A stretch of 24,000 bases of DNA from Gordonia sp. (in: high G+C Gram-positive bacteria) (GCF_047602025.1 NZ_JASGII010000001.1:619201-643200); one strand, 5' to 3'. Shown: positions 8,756 through 16,480, numbered from the stretch's first letter. Numbers and translations: made by a program. The notes: a model not told the origin generated them from the letters alone.

Positions 8756-9553
8756 ATGACCCAGCCGCCCGTCCCCCCGCAGGAGCCGTCGGTGACGCCG
8801 CAGCCGCCGATTCCGCCCGCCGCCCCGGCGGGGCCCGCCGGCTACGGCCCGCCCGCCTACCACCCGTCGACCGATCCCAACGCGGTGCCGTTCGGCATCG
8901 ACGTCGGCTTCAAGTGGGCCTGGTCGAAGCTGACGTCGAACGCGGCCGGGCTCATCCTCGGCGGCCTCGTGCTGCTGCTCGCGTCGAGCATCGGCGCCAT
9001 CCTCGCCGCCGTCGGAGCGGTGATGATCCTCTCCAGCGGCGACGTCGACCCCGACGGCACCCTGCACCCCGACTTCGGTTCGGGCGCCGCGATCACCGGC
9101 TTCGTCTTGGCCGTGCTCGGCGTGATCGCCCTGCTGGTCGCCTCGGCGTACCTGAGCAGTGCGTACACCGGCGGCCTGCTCGACATCGCCAACGGCGTGC
9201 CCACGACGGTCGGCTCCTTCCTGCGCCCGCGCCGACTGGGCACGGTGTTCGTGCTGCTGATGCTGCAGTTCCTGGCCACGATGGTCGGCCTGCTCTTCTT
9301 CTGCGTCGGCGCCATCGTCGTCGGCTTCTTCCTGATGTTCTCGGTGCTGGCCGTCGTCGACCGCGGCGTCGGCGCCGTCGACGGGATGAAGGCGAGCGTG
9401 TCGATCGTGCGCGCCCGGCTCGGCGATTCCTTCCTGCTGTGGTTGGTCGTCTTCGCGCTGTCGGCGGTCCTGGGGATCTTCGCCTTCCCGTTCGTTCAAC
9501 TGCTGACCGTGTACGGCTACCGGCGATTGGCCAACCAGCCGATCGCCCCGTGA
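8756..9553 (+). CDS. Polytopic membrane protein with Pro-rich N-terminus, paralog 3 of 3
   Basis: AGGAG (8746-8750) overlaps the upstream TAG and is followed by ATG 8756. Starts MTQPP. Carries FGIDVGFKWAWSKL and IANGVPTTVGSFLRPRR. The track start at 8549 lies inside the previous gene. Confidence 0.8.
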   Translation: MTQPPVPPQEPSVTPQPPIPPAAPAGPAGYGPPAYHPSTDPNAVPFGIDVGFKWAWSKLTSNAAGLILGGLVLLLASSIGAILAAVGAVMILSSGDVDPDGTLHPDFGSGAAITGFVLAVLGVIALLVASAYLSSAYTGGLLDIANGVPTTVGSFLRPRRLGTVFVLLMLQFLATMVGLLFFCVGAIVVGFFLMFSVLAVVDRGVGAVDGMKASVSIVRARLGDSFLLWLVVFALSAVLGIFAFPFVQLLTVYGYRRLANQPIAP

Positions 9554-9609
9554 TCACCGTCTGGGCGATCCTCGGCCAATTCTCAGGCGCACTGGGATAA
9601 GAAGTAGTC

Positions 9610-10293
9610 ATGCGGATTCTTGTGGTTGACGACGACCGTGCGGTGCGCGAGTCGCTGCGCCGGTCCCTGACCTTCAACGGCTACACCGTCGAGACCGCCG
9701 GCGACGGGCTCGAAGCCCTGGAGAAGGTCGTGGCGCAGCGCCCCGACCTGCTCGTCCTCGACGTGATGATGCCGCGGATGGACGGCCTCGAAGTGTGTCG
9801 GCGCCTCCGCTCGGCCGGCGACGACCTGCCGATCCTCGTGCTAACCGCGCGCGATTCGGTCTCCGAGCGCGTCTCCGGCCTCGACGCCGGCGCCGACGAC
9901 TACCTCGCCAAGCCGTTCGCCCTCGAGGAGCTGCTGGCCCGGCTGCGCGCGCTGCTGCGCCGCACCGGCCCCGACGAGGAGGACTCCGAGGCGCTCGAGT
10001 TCGAGGACCTGCGGCTCGACCCGGTGACCCGCGACGTCACGCGCGGCGAGCGGGCGATCAGCCTGACCCGCACCGAGTTCGCGCTCCTGGAAATGCTGAT
10101 GGCCAACCCGCGCCGGGTGCTCTCGCGCAGCCGCATCCTCGAAGAGGTGTGGGGCTACGACTTCCCGACATCGGGCAACGCGCTCGAGGTCTACGTCGGC
10201 TATCTGCGCCGCAAGACCGAGGCCGACGGTGAGCCGCGCCTGATCCACACCGTGCGCGGCGTCGGCTACGTGCTGCGGGAGACGCCGCCCTGA
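9610..10293 (+). CDS. mprA: OmpR-family response regulator MprA
   Basis: Receiver motifs ILVVDDD and [13 protein letters not shown]. Winged-helix end VRGVGYVL. Synteny with mprB-pepD (Rv0981-0983). Confidence 0.9.
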   Translation: MRILVVDDDRAVRESLRRSLTFNGYTVETAGDGLEALEKVVAQRPDLLVLDVMMPRMDGLEVCRRLRSAGDDLPILVLTARDSVSERVSGLDAGADDYLAKPFALEELLARLRALLRRTGPDEEDSEALEFEDLRLDPVTRDVTRGERAISLTRTEFALLEMLMANPRRVLSRSRILEEVWGYDFPTSGNALEVYVGYLRRKTEADGEPRLIHTVRGVGYVLRETPP

Positions 10294-10355
10294 GCGTCTG
10301 GACCGACATCCGGCGATGGTCGCAGCGCCACCGCGAGGAGGTCGCGCACCGCGAG

Positions 10356-11774
10356 ATGCGGGAGCCGTTCGCGCTGACCCGCTCGGCTTCGCTGACCACC
10401 CGCGTCGCCCTGCTCTCGGCGACCGTCGTCGCCGTCTCGGTGTCGCTGATGGCCGCCGCGGCGTACTTCGTCGTCTACCGCGCCATGTACAACGACGTCG
10501 ACCGACAGCTGGAGAGCCGCGCCGACGGCATGACCGCACTCTCGCGCACCGGCGCGCTGGCCGGCAATCCGCAGCGCGTCGTGTCCGGCGCGGTGTTCTC
10601 GACGAACATCTCGGTCGCCCTGATCCGCCCGGACGGGCAGACCTTCCTGGTGGGGTCGGTGCCCTTCGACGCGGCCGAGCGCCGGATCGTGCGCAGCACC
10701 AACCGCCCGGGGCAGCACAACCAGAGCCTGCGCACGGTGGGGGACCAGCGCGTGCTGGCCCGCAAGCTCGACCAGGGCTACGGCCTGATCATGTCGCAGA
10801 GCCTGCTGCACACCGAGCGGGTCCTCAAGCGGCTGGCCTGGGTGCTCCTCGTCGTCGGCGGCGGCGGCGTGGCGCTGGCGGCGCTGGCCGGCACCACGGT
10901 GGCGCGCACGGGCCTGCGGCCGGTGTCCCGCCTGACCCGTGCGGCCGAGCGGGTCGCCCGGACCGAGGTCCTCGACCCCATCCCGGTGACCGGCAACGAC
11001 GAGTTGGCCCGGCTCACCGAGGCGTTCAACACGATGCTGGCCGCGCTGCAGAACTCGCGCGACAAGCAGGCGCGGCTGGTCGCCGACGCCGGCCACGAAC
11101 TCAAGACGCCGCTGACGTCGCTGCGCACCAACGTCGAGTTGCTCATCGCTTCGGCCGAACCGGGCGCCCCGGCGGTCCCACTGGCCGACATGATCGAGCT
11201 GCGGAGCGACATCGTCGCGCAGATCGAGGAGCTGTCCACCCTGGTCGGAGACCTCGTCGACCTGTCCCGGGAGGACGCCCCCGAGGTCGTGCACGAGGAG
11301 ATCGACATGGTCGACATCGTCGAGCGCAGCCTCGAGCGCGCTCGCCGCCGCCGCAACGACGTCGAGTTCGTCGCCGACACGGAGAGCTGGTACGTCTACG
11401 GCGACAGCGCCGGCCTGGCCCGCGCCGTGCTCAACATCCTCGACAACGCCGCCAAATGGTCGCCCGGCGGCCGCGACGTCGAGGTCAAGCTCCGCCAGAC
11501 CGCGGTGAACTCGGCGGAGCTGACCGTCGCCGACGCGGGTCCGGGCATCCCGCCGGAGGACCGCGAGCTGGTGTTTGAGCGGTTCTACCGGTCCGACGAC
11601 GCCCGCACGATGCCCGGCTCCGGCCTGGGCCTGGCGATCGCGGCGCAGGTCGTGCAGCGCCTCGGCGGAACCGTCACCGCCGGCCAGTCGCACCTGGGCG
11701 GCGCGCTGATCACCATGACACTCCCGGGGCATCCGATCCCGGTGGAACCTCCGCGCGTTGTCGTTCGTCAGTAA
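10356..11774 (+). CDS. mprB: Sensor histidine kinase MprB
   Basis: Two TM segments, a HAMP-like linker, H-box AGHELKTPLTSL, N-box NILDNAAKWSP, and G-boxes DAGPGIP and GSGLGLAIA. Confidence 0.85.
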   Translation: MREPFALTRSASLTTRVALLSATVVAVSVSLMAAAAYFVVYRAMYNDVDRQLESRADGMTALSRTGALAGNPQRVVSGAVFSTNISVALIRPDGQTFLVGSVPFDAAERRIVRSTNRPGQHNQSLRTVGDQRVLARKLDQGYGLIMSQSLLHTERVLKRLAWVLLVVGGGGVALAALAGTTVARTGLRPVSRLTRAAERVARTEVLDPIPVTGNDELARLTEAFNTMLAALQNSRDKQARLVADAGHELKTPLTSLRTNVELLIASAEPGAPAVPLADMIELRSDIVAQIEELSTLVGDLVDLSREDAPEVVHEEIDMVDIVERSLERARRRRNDVEFVADTESWYVYGDSAGLARAVLNILDNAAKWSPGGRDVEVKLRQTAVNSAELTVADAGPGIPPEDRELVFERFYRSDDARTMPGSGLGLAIAAQVVQRLGGTVTAGQSHLGGALITMTLPGHPIPVEPPRVVVRQ

Positions 11775-11808
11775 GGTGGAGACACCGAAACACCTGAGAG
11801 GCAGCGCA

Positions 11809-13125
11809 GTGACGCAACCCCCCAACCCCTCCTCGCCCAACTCGCCGTGGCAGTCGTCCGGCACGCCCGGGCAGGTCCCGCCGCAACCCGGCACGACACA
11901 GCCGGGAATCCCGGTGCCGCCCGCACCGGGTGAGTACTCGGCACCGGTCGACTACGCCGCCCCGGCTCCCGTCGCGCCGCCGACCGCCAAGCGCGGCGGC
12001 CGCAAGGTGGCGCTGGCCACCGGCGCCGTCGTCCTCGCGCTGGCCTCCGGCGGAGTCGGCGGCGTCGTCGGCGCCAACCTCGACCGCAACAACCCGCCCG
12101 CCGTCGGCGGCGACCTGCAGCGCGACGGCGAGCCGCAGGCCCAGCCGCCGGCCCCCGAGGGCAGCGTGCAGGCCGTGGCCGACAAGACGCTCCCGTCGGT
12201 GGTGTCGATCCTGGCGACCGTCGGCACCCAGCAGGGCGAGGGCTCGGGCGTGATCCTCAACGCGGACGGCACGATCCTCACCAACAACCACGTCGTCGCA
12301 CTCGGCGCCAAGGCGGCGCGCGGCCCGCAGGGCGGACCCGAGCCGAAGATCACCGTCGTGTTCCACGACGGCTCGCGCGCGACGGCCAAGCTCCGCGGCT
12401 ACGACGAGATCTCCGACATCGCGGTGCTCGAGGTCAAGAACAAGCCGAACCTGCAGCCGATCACCATCGGCTCGTCGAAGAACCTCGCCGTCGGACAGGA
12501 CGTCATCGCGATCGGCTCGCCGCTCGGCCTGGCCGGCACCGTGACCACCGGGATCATCTCGGCGCTCAACCGCCCGGTGTCGACGTCGCGCGTCGGCGAC
12601 AACACGTCGGTGATCGACGCCATCCAGACCGACGCCGCGATCAACCCCGGCAACTCCGGCGGCGCCCTGGTCAACGCGCGCGGCGCGCTGATCGGCATCA
12701 ACACCGCCATCGCCACCCTCGGCGGGCGCGACCCGAACGGCGGGCAGCGCGCGTCGGGCAGCATCGGCCTCGGCTTCGCGATCCCGATCGACCAGGCCAT
12801 GCGGGTCGCCGATCAGCTCCGCAAGACCGGCAAGGCCGATCACCCGAGCCTGGGCGTCACCGTCGGGGCCGCCTCGACCACCGACGACCAGACGCAGTCG
12901 GGCGCGCGGGTGAAGGATGTCGTCAAGGGCGGCGCGGCCGCAGTCGCCGGCATCCCCAGCGGCGCGGTGATCTCGAAGCTCGGCGGACGGACCATCGCCG
13001 GTGCCGACGACCTGGTGGCCGCGGTGCGCTCGTTCTCGCCGGGCGACGTCGTCGACGTTACCTACACGGTGAACGGCAAGACCGAGACCAAGAAGGTCAA
13101 GCTGCAGACCCTGCCCACCAACTAG
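11809..13125 (+). CDS. pepD: HtrA-family serine protease PepD with C-terminal PDZ domain
   Basis: Catalytic triad context TNNHVV / SDIAVLEV / GNSGGALVN. Pro-rich N-terminus, one TM, then a PDZ-like tail. Start chosen at GTG 11809, 7 nt after GAGAGG. The track TTG at 11758 overlaps mprB and lacks an SD. Confidence 0.85.
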   Translation: MTQPPNPSSPNSPWQSSGTPGQVPPQPGTTQPGIPVPPAPGEYSAPVDYAAPAPVAPPTAKRGGRKVALATGAVVLALASGGVGGVVGANLDRNNPPAVGGDLQRDGEPQAQPPAPEGSVQAVADKTLPSVVSILATVGTQQGEGSGVILNADGTILTNNHVVALGAKAARGPQGGPEPKITVVFHDGSRATAKLRGYDEISDIAVLEVKNKPNLQPITIGSSKNLAVGQDVIAIGSPLGLAGTVTTGIISALNRPVSTSRVGDNTSVIDAIQTDAAINPGNSGGALVNARGALIGINTAIATLGGRDPNGGQRASGSIGLGFAIPIDQAMRVADQLRKTGKADHPSLGVTVGAASTTDDQTQSGARVKDVVKGGAAAVAGIPSGAVISKLGGRTIAGADDLVAAVRSFSPGDVVDVTYTVNGKTETKKVKLQTLPTN

Positions 13126-13135
13126 GAGCCAGGCA

Positions 13136-13693
13136 ATGACCGGATCGACCTTCGACGAGACCACGCGCGACGACTCCGTGGCCGACGCCGCCGCGCGCGC
13201 GGCCGCCGCCTCCAGTGATCGCGAGACCGTCGCTGCCCGCGCCCTGGTCGTGGTAGTCGCCGACGACCACCAGGACTCCGACGGGCTCGGCGCCCTGGTC
13301 GGCGAACTCCTCGAGGAGGCCGACTTCCACGTCGACGCGACGGTCGTCGTGTCCGGTGACGAGGTGGAGATCCGCAACGCGTTGAACACCGCGGTCATCG
13401 GCGGCGTCGACGTCGTCATCTCGGTCGGGGGAGTGGGCGTGCGCGCCCGCGACGTCGCCCCCGAGGCGACCGAACCGTTGCTCGACCGGCGGTTGCCGGG
13501 CATCGAGGAGGCGGTCCGCTCGTCAGGCCTGGCCGCCGGAGCCACCGACGCGGGCCTGTCCCGCGGCCTGGCCGGCATCTCCGGGCAGACGCTCGTGGTC
13601 AACCTCGCCGACTCCCGCTCGGCCGTGCGCGACGGCATGGCGACCATCACGATGCTCGCCCACCACGTCATCGACGACATCACTGAGTTCTGA
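13136..13693 (+). CDS. moaB: MoaB/Mog-family molybdenum cofactor biosynthesis protein (MoaB2-like)
   Basis: MoCF-biosynthesis fold motifs (VVISVGGVGVRARDVAPEA, PGIEEAVR, GLAGISGQTLVVNL). Matches the Rv0984 position after pepD. Confidence 0.8.
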   Translation: MTGSTFDETTRDDSVADAAARAAAASSDRETVAARALVVVVADDHQDSDGLGALVGELLEEADFHVDATVVVSGDEVEIRNALNTAVIGGVDVVISVGGVGVRARDVAPEATEPLLDRRLPGIEEAVRSSGLAAGATDAGLSRGLAGISGQTLVVNLADSRSAVRDGMATITMLAHHVIDDITEF

Positions 13694-13703
13694 GGGCGCA
13701 CCG

Positions 13704-13886
13704 GTGACCGAGGACCCGGCCAAGGCCGATCCCGCTGCCGACGATGCGTCGGCGGAACCGGACTGGAAGCGGCGGGCCCGGCTCGACGCGGTCTTCGGCG
13801 GTGACGAGCCGGACCCGGAGGCCCCGCGAACCGGGGGACACGGGGCCGACTGGTATCGGTCAAATCGGCCGCCGCACCATTCCTGA
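13704..13886 (+). CDS. Hypothetical small acidic protein (60 aa), possibly coupled to moaB2
   Basis: GAGGG (13692-13696) lies 7 nt before GTG 13704. GC3 is high over most of the frame. No recognisable domain. Confidence 0.4.
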   Translation: MTEDPAKADPAADDASAEPDWKRRARLDAVFGGDEPDPEAPRTGGHGADWYRSNRPPHHS

Positions 13887-13912
13887 CCAGGTATGCGGGT
13901 ATTCTTACGTGT

Positions 13913-13940
13913 TTGGATGAAGGTAAACCGTTGGTATAGC
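13913..13940 (+). promoter_or_regulatory. Candidate promoter for the porin pair (TTGGAT-16 nt-TATAGC)
   Basis: It lies in a locally AT-richer 90-nt intergenic stretch. TTGGAT is at 13913-13918 and TATAGC at 13935-13940, about 40 nt upstream of the porin start. Confidence 0.3.
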
Positions 13941-13978
13941 TTTGCCGACGGGCACCGACTGGTGCGAGAAGGGTGAAG

Positions 13979-14620
13979 ATGAGCGTGAAGCGTCGTCCGT
14001 CGCGATGGGCGGGTGTGACGGTGGCGTTGGCCACCGCGGCCGCGGTGACGGTGTCGGGACTGGGCGCGGGCGACGCGGATGCGTTGCGCCTGCCGGCCGG
14101 CAAGAAGAAGTCCACCGGGATCGACGGCCAGGTCGTCCTCCTCAAGCGCTCCGCCGAGTACGTCTTCCCGCAGCCGAGTGAGGCGCGCAACGGCGCCGGT
14201 CGCTCCACGCGTGTCTCGGGCACCTACACCGCGCGGATCAACCGCGGCGGCGGCAACGTCCAGGTCGGCTACCTCGTCGGCTGCCAGGTCAACATCGGCG
14301 GCCTCGACATGGGGTTGTCCGGCGGCTTCTACGGCCTGGCGGCTCCGGTGCCGCTGGTCAACGGCACAATCTCGTTCCCGCTGCAGCCCGGCCAGATCCA
14401 GGTGGTCCAGGCGCTGTCGAAGAACTTCTACCGCAAGGTCGTGAGCATCCAGCTCTCCGGCGTGGAGATCGCCGTGCAGAGCTGCGGCGGGTTCGCCCAG
14501 GCGCGCTCGTTCATCAAGGTGCTGGCCGCCGAGGACTACAGCACCGCCAGCGGCACGGTCAGCGGCAAGAGCACGGCCATCCAGACCACCCTCTACGGCA
14601 AGCCGTTCAGCCTCGGCTGA
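13979..14620 (+). CDS. MspA-family porin-like secreted protein 1
   Basis: AGAAGGG then ATG 13979. Signal peptide ends at ...GLGAGDADA. My by-eye alignment to recalled M. smegmatis MspA pairs VQVGYLVGCQVNIGG with LELGYQIGFPWSLG, LQPGQIQVV with GPGIQEV, and C-terminal TTLYGKPFSLG with TTYGEPWNMN. Length about 213 aa, close to the MspA precursor. Confidence 0.7.
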   Translation: MSVKRRPSRWAGVTVALATAAAVTVSGLGAGDADALRLPAGKKKSTGIDGQVVLLKRSAEYVFPQPSEARNGAGRSTRVSGTYTARINRGGGNVQVGYLVGCQVNIGGLDMGLSGGFYGLAAPVPLVNGTISFPLQPGQIQVVQALSKNFYRKVVSIQLSGVEIAVQSCGGFAQARSFIKVLAAEDYSTASGTVSGKSTAIQTTLYGKPFSLG

Positions 14621-14647
14621 CCCGCAGCAAAAGGAACCTTGGACCAG

Positions 14648-15307
14648 ATGAACTCCTTGCGAACCGGCGCTCCGCGCCGGGCGGTCGCCGGCGTCGCCCT
14701 CGTGCTCGCCGCCGCGACCGCGACGATGGCCGCGGCGCCCGGCGCGGACGCCCGCCGCCTGCCCGGCGGCTCGATCAACAAGAAGCTGGTCGACGGTTCC
14801 ACCGTCAAGGCCCGCCTCTACGACGAGGGCGTGCGCTACCACCGCGGCAACGTCGCCAACATCGGGACCAGCCGCGAGGTGTGGGTGTCGGGCAAGATCG
14901 TCGCCAACATCGGCGGCGGTGCCAAGGGTGCGCACATCTACGGCGGCTACGTCGTGGGTTGCCAGGTGAACCTCATCGGGGTTGACGGCAACGGCAACGC
15001 TGGTAACAACCCCTGGATCCCCAACGGCGGCATGATGGGCAACTCCGGCACGACGCTGCACATCGGCCCCGGCCAGGCCGGCTGGGTGCCGATCATCCAG
15101 GCCGTCCCGCAGGCCGGCGGCAACCCGCTCAACACCTTCACCTTCCGAGGCAACCGCGGTGGCCTCGCCTATAGCCAAGAGGGTTTCCGCGTGAACGGCT
15201 GTGCCGGGCACGCGTCGGCCCGAGCCCGATTCACCATCGAGGTCGAGACCGAGACGGTGCGCGCCCAAGTCGTCCTGTGGGGGAAGCCATTCACCCTCGG
15301 CGGCTGA
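14648..15307 (+). CDS. MspA-family porin-like secreted protein 2 (paralog of 13979..14620)
   Basis: Signal peptide ends at ...AAAPGADA. Carries GGYVVGCQVNLIG, HIGPGQAGWVPIIQ and C-terminal VVLWGKPFTLGG. Start is ATG 14648, or TTG 14639 as in the track. The SD AAGGAA is 11 nt upstream of the ATG, so the start is uncertain by 9 nt. Confidence 0.7.
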   Translation: MNSLRTGAPRRAVAGVALVLAAATATMAAAPGADARRLPGGSINKKLVDGSTVKARLYDEGVRYHRGNVANIGTSREVWVSGKIVANIGGGAKGAHIYGGYVVGCQVNLIGVDGNGNAGNNPWIPNGGMMGNSGTTLHIGPGQAGWVPIIQAVPQAGGNPLNTFTFRGNRGGLAYSQEGFRVNGCAGHASARARFTIEVETETVRAQVVLWGKPFTLGG

Positions 15308-15434
15308 TGGGCCGACACAACCACAACTAGGCAACACCCCGGCGCCGCAGCAGCGGTGACGCAGCCGGCGACGATCCCAGCGATCGTCGTGGGCCTATTC
15401 GGTGATGCCGAAGACGATGCTTTGAGGAGCACAC

Positions 15435-16127
15435 ATGACCACGACGCGACAGGCACTCCTGGCCGCACCATTGCTGGTGGCCGGCCTGAGCCTCGGCACC
15501 ACCACCGCATATGCCGATCCCGCGCCCGCGCCGGGCGCCACCCAGCCGGTCAACCCCGGCTCGAAGCTGTGGGACCAGATCAAGAACGGTCTCGGCGGCG
15601 GAAACAACCAGGGCCACGGCCACGACGATCACGATCACGACGGCGACGGCCACGATGACCACGACCACGATGATCACGACCACGACGGCGACGGCCACGA
15701 CGATCACGACGGCCACGACCACGAGGGCGGCACCGGCGGCACCGGTGGCATCCCCGGTGGCACCGGAGGGTCGACCGGCGGCGGGCACAGCTGCAATGAC
15801 GGCCACGGCCACTGCGACAACAACAGCACCGCCGGCGGCGGCATGGGCGGCGGTGGCGGCGGCGGCCACAACCACGGTCACGGTCACGACCACAGCGGTC
15901 ACAACCACGGCTCGACCGGGCCGGGCAGCGCCTACGGCGAGCGTGGCAACGCCCTCGACGACGAGTCGCCGGTGTGCAAGAAGGCGAAGAAGCGCGGCAA
16001 GCGGGTCGTGAAGTGCGCCCCGCCGCGCCGCGGCTCGACCCCGCCGCCCCCGCAGCGGTCGGCGCCCCAGCACGGTCACGACCACCACGACCACGACGGT
16101 CACGACCACCACGGGCACAGCCACTAG
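15435..16127 (+). CDS. Secreted His/Asp/Gly-rich low-complexity protein (putative metal-binding)
   Basis: GAGGAG lies 5 nt before ATG 15435. Signal peptide MTTTRQALLAAPLLVAGLSLGTTTAYA then DPAP. Three His blocks and four Cys (HSCNDGHGHC and VCKKAKKRGKRVVKC). CAC/CAT and GAC/GAT variation falls on third positions of this frame. Confidence 0.8.
   Translation: MTTTRQALLAAPLLVAGLSLGTTTAYADPAPAPGATQPVNPGSKLWDQIKNGLGGGNNQGHGHDDHDHDGDGHDDHDHDDHDHDGDGHDDHDGHDHEGGTGGTGGIPGGTGGSTGGGHSCNDGHGHCDNNSTAGGGMGGGGGGGHNHGHGHDHSGHNHGSTGPGSAYGERGNALDDESPVCKKAKKRGKRVVKCAPPRRGSTPPPPQRSAPQHGHDHHDHDGHDHHGHSH
15612..15725 (+). repeat. In-frame His/Asp run GHGHDDHDHDGDGHDDHDHDDHDHDGDGHDDHDGHDHE
   Basis: By my count, 13 His and 17 Asp in 38 residues. 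CACGACGGCGACGGCCACGA occurs twice. A second block, QHGHDHHDHDGHDHHGHSH, forms the C-terminus (16068-16124). Confidence 0.8.
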
Positions 16128-16256
16128 CGCAACGGAGCAAACTGGCAATCCCCTGTGCATCGCCGTCAGGGTGCCTGAAGTTCCTGGAAATGGGTCAACT
16201 GTCCAGCTAGCGTCGAAGGCGTAGGAAATGGTCGGGACAACGAAAGGGATGTCACC

Positions 16257-16403
16257 ATGCGTCACCACTACGGCCCTCGCCGCTACTACGGCCCGCGCCG
16301 CTACTACGGACCCCGCGGCCCGCGCGGCTACTACGGTCCTCGCCGCTACTACGGCCCGCGCCGGTACTACGGCCCGCGCCCGCGCTACTGGGGTTCGTAC
16401 TGA
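16257..16403 (+). CDS. 48-aa Tyr/Arg/Gly/Pro repeat peptide (YYGPRR)n; not in the supplied ORF track
   Basis: GAAAGGGA (16242-16249) lies 7 nt before ATG 16257. Translation is MRHHYGPRRYYGPRRYYGPRGPRGYYGPRRYYGPRRYYGPRPRYWGSY, ending at TGA 16401-16403. Differences between repeat units are third-position synonymous in this frame (CCT/CCG/CCC, GGC/GGA/GGT, CGC/CGG). Hairpins follow the stop. Confidence 0.7.
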   Translation: MRHHYGPRRYYGPRRYYGPRGPRGYYGPRRYYGPRRYYGPRPRYWGSY

Positions 16404-16408
16404 CCCAG

Positions 16409-16427
16409 CGCTTCCCTAGCGGAAGCG
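16409..16427 (+). other. Small hairpin immediately after the peptide stop codon
   Basis: CGCTTCC (16409-16415), loop CTAGC, GGAAGCG (16421-16427). It abuts the terminator stem. Confidence 0.35.
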
Positions 16428-16480
16428 GATTCGACCACCGGATGAAGACTCCCTGCTTCTCCGGTGGTCGAATCTTATTA
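16428..16480 (+). terminator. Rho-independent terminator or attenuator between the peptide gene and the ABC exporter
   Basis: Perfect 15-bp arms, GATTCGACCACCGGA (16428-16442) and TCCGGTGGTCGAATC (16460-16474), with a 17-nt loop, followed by TTATTA. Confidence 0.7.

Noticed and set aside
9568-9590. Possible MprA box upstream of mprA (TCCTCGGC ... TCTCAGGC direct repeat)
   Set aside because: TCTCAGG resembles my recollection of the MprA half-site. However, the two halves match each other at only 5 of 8 positions, and the repeat period is 12 nt rather than the 11 nt I recall. That is not enough to call.
15369-15389. Hairpin CGACGATC-CCAGC-GATCGTCG between porin 2 and the His-rich gene as a terminator
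   Set aside because: The stem is only 8 bp, there is no U-tract, and it lies 60 nt past the stop. It may be a weak RNA structure but is not supportable as a terminator.
15511-16011. Thr/Ala-rich + strand ORF (TTATATTITITTATAT...) overlapping the His/Asp gene
   Set aside because: This is an off-frame reading of the CAC/GAC repeats, with no SD or signal peptide. The 15435 frame has both, plus third-position synonymous variation.
16228-16419. Track ORF of 63 aa (MVGTTKGMSPCVTTTALAATTARAATT...) covering the same DNA as the YYGPRR peptide gene
   Set aside because: It has no SD. In this frame the repeat-unit differences fall on non-synonymous positions, whereas they are all third-position synonymous in the 16257..16403 frame, which also has a well-spaced SD. 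I treat it as an off-frame reading of the same repeat.
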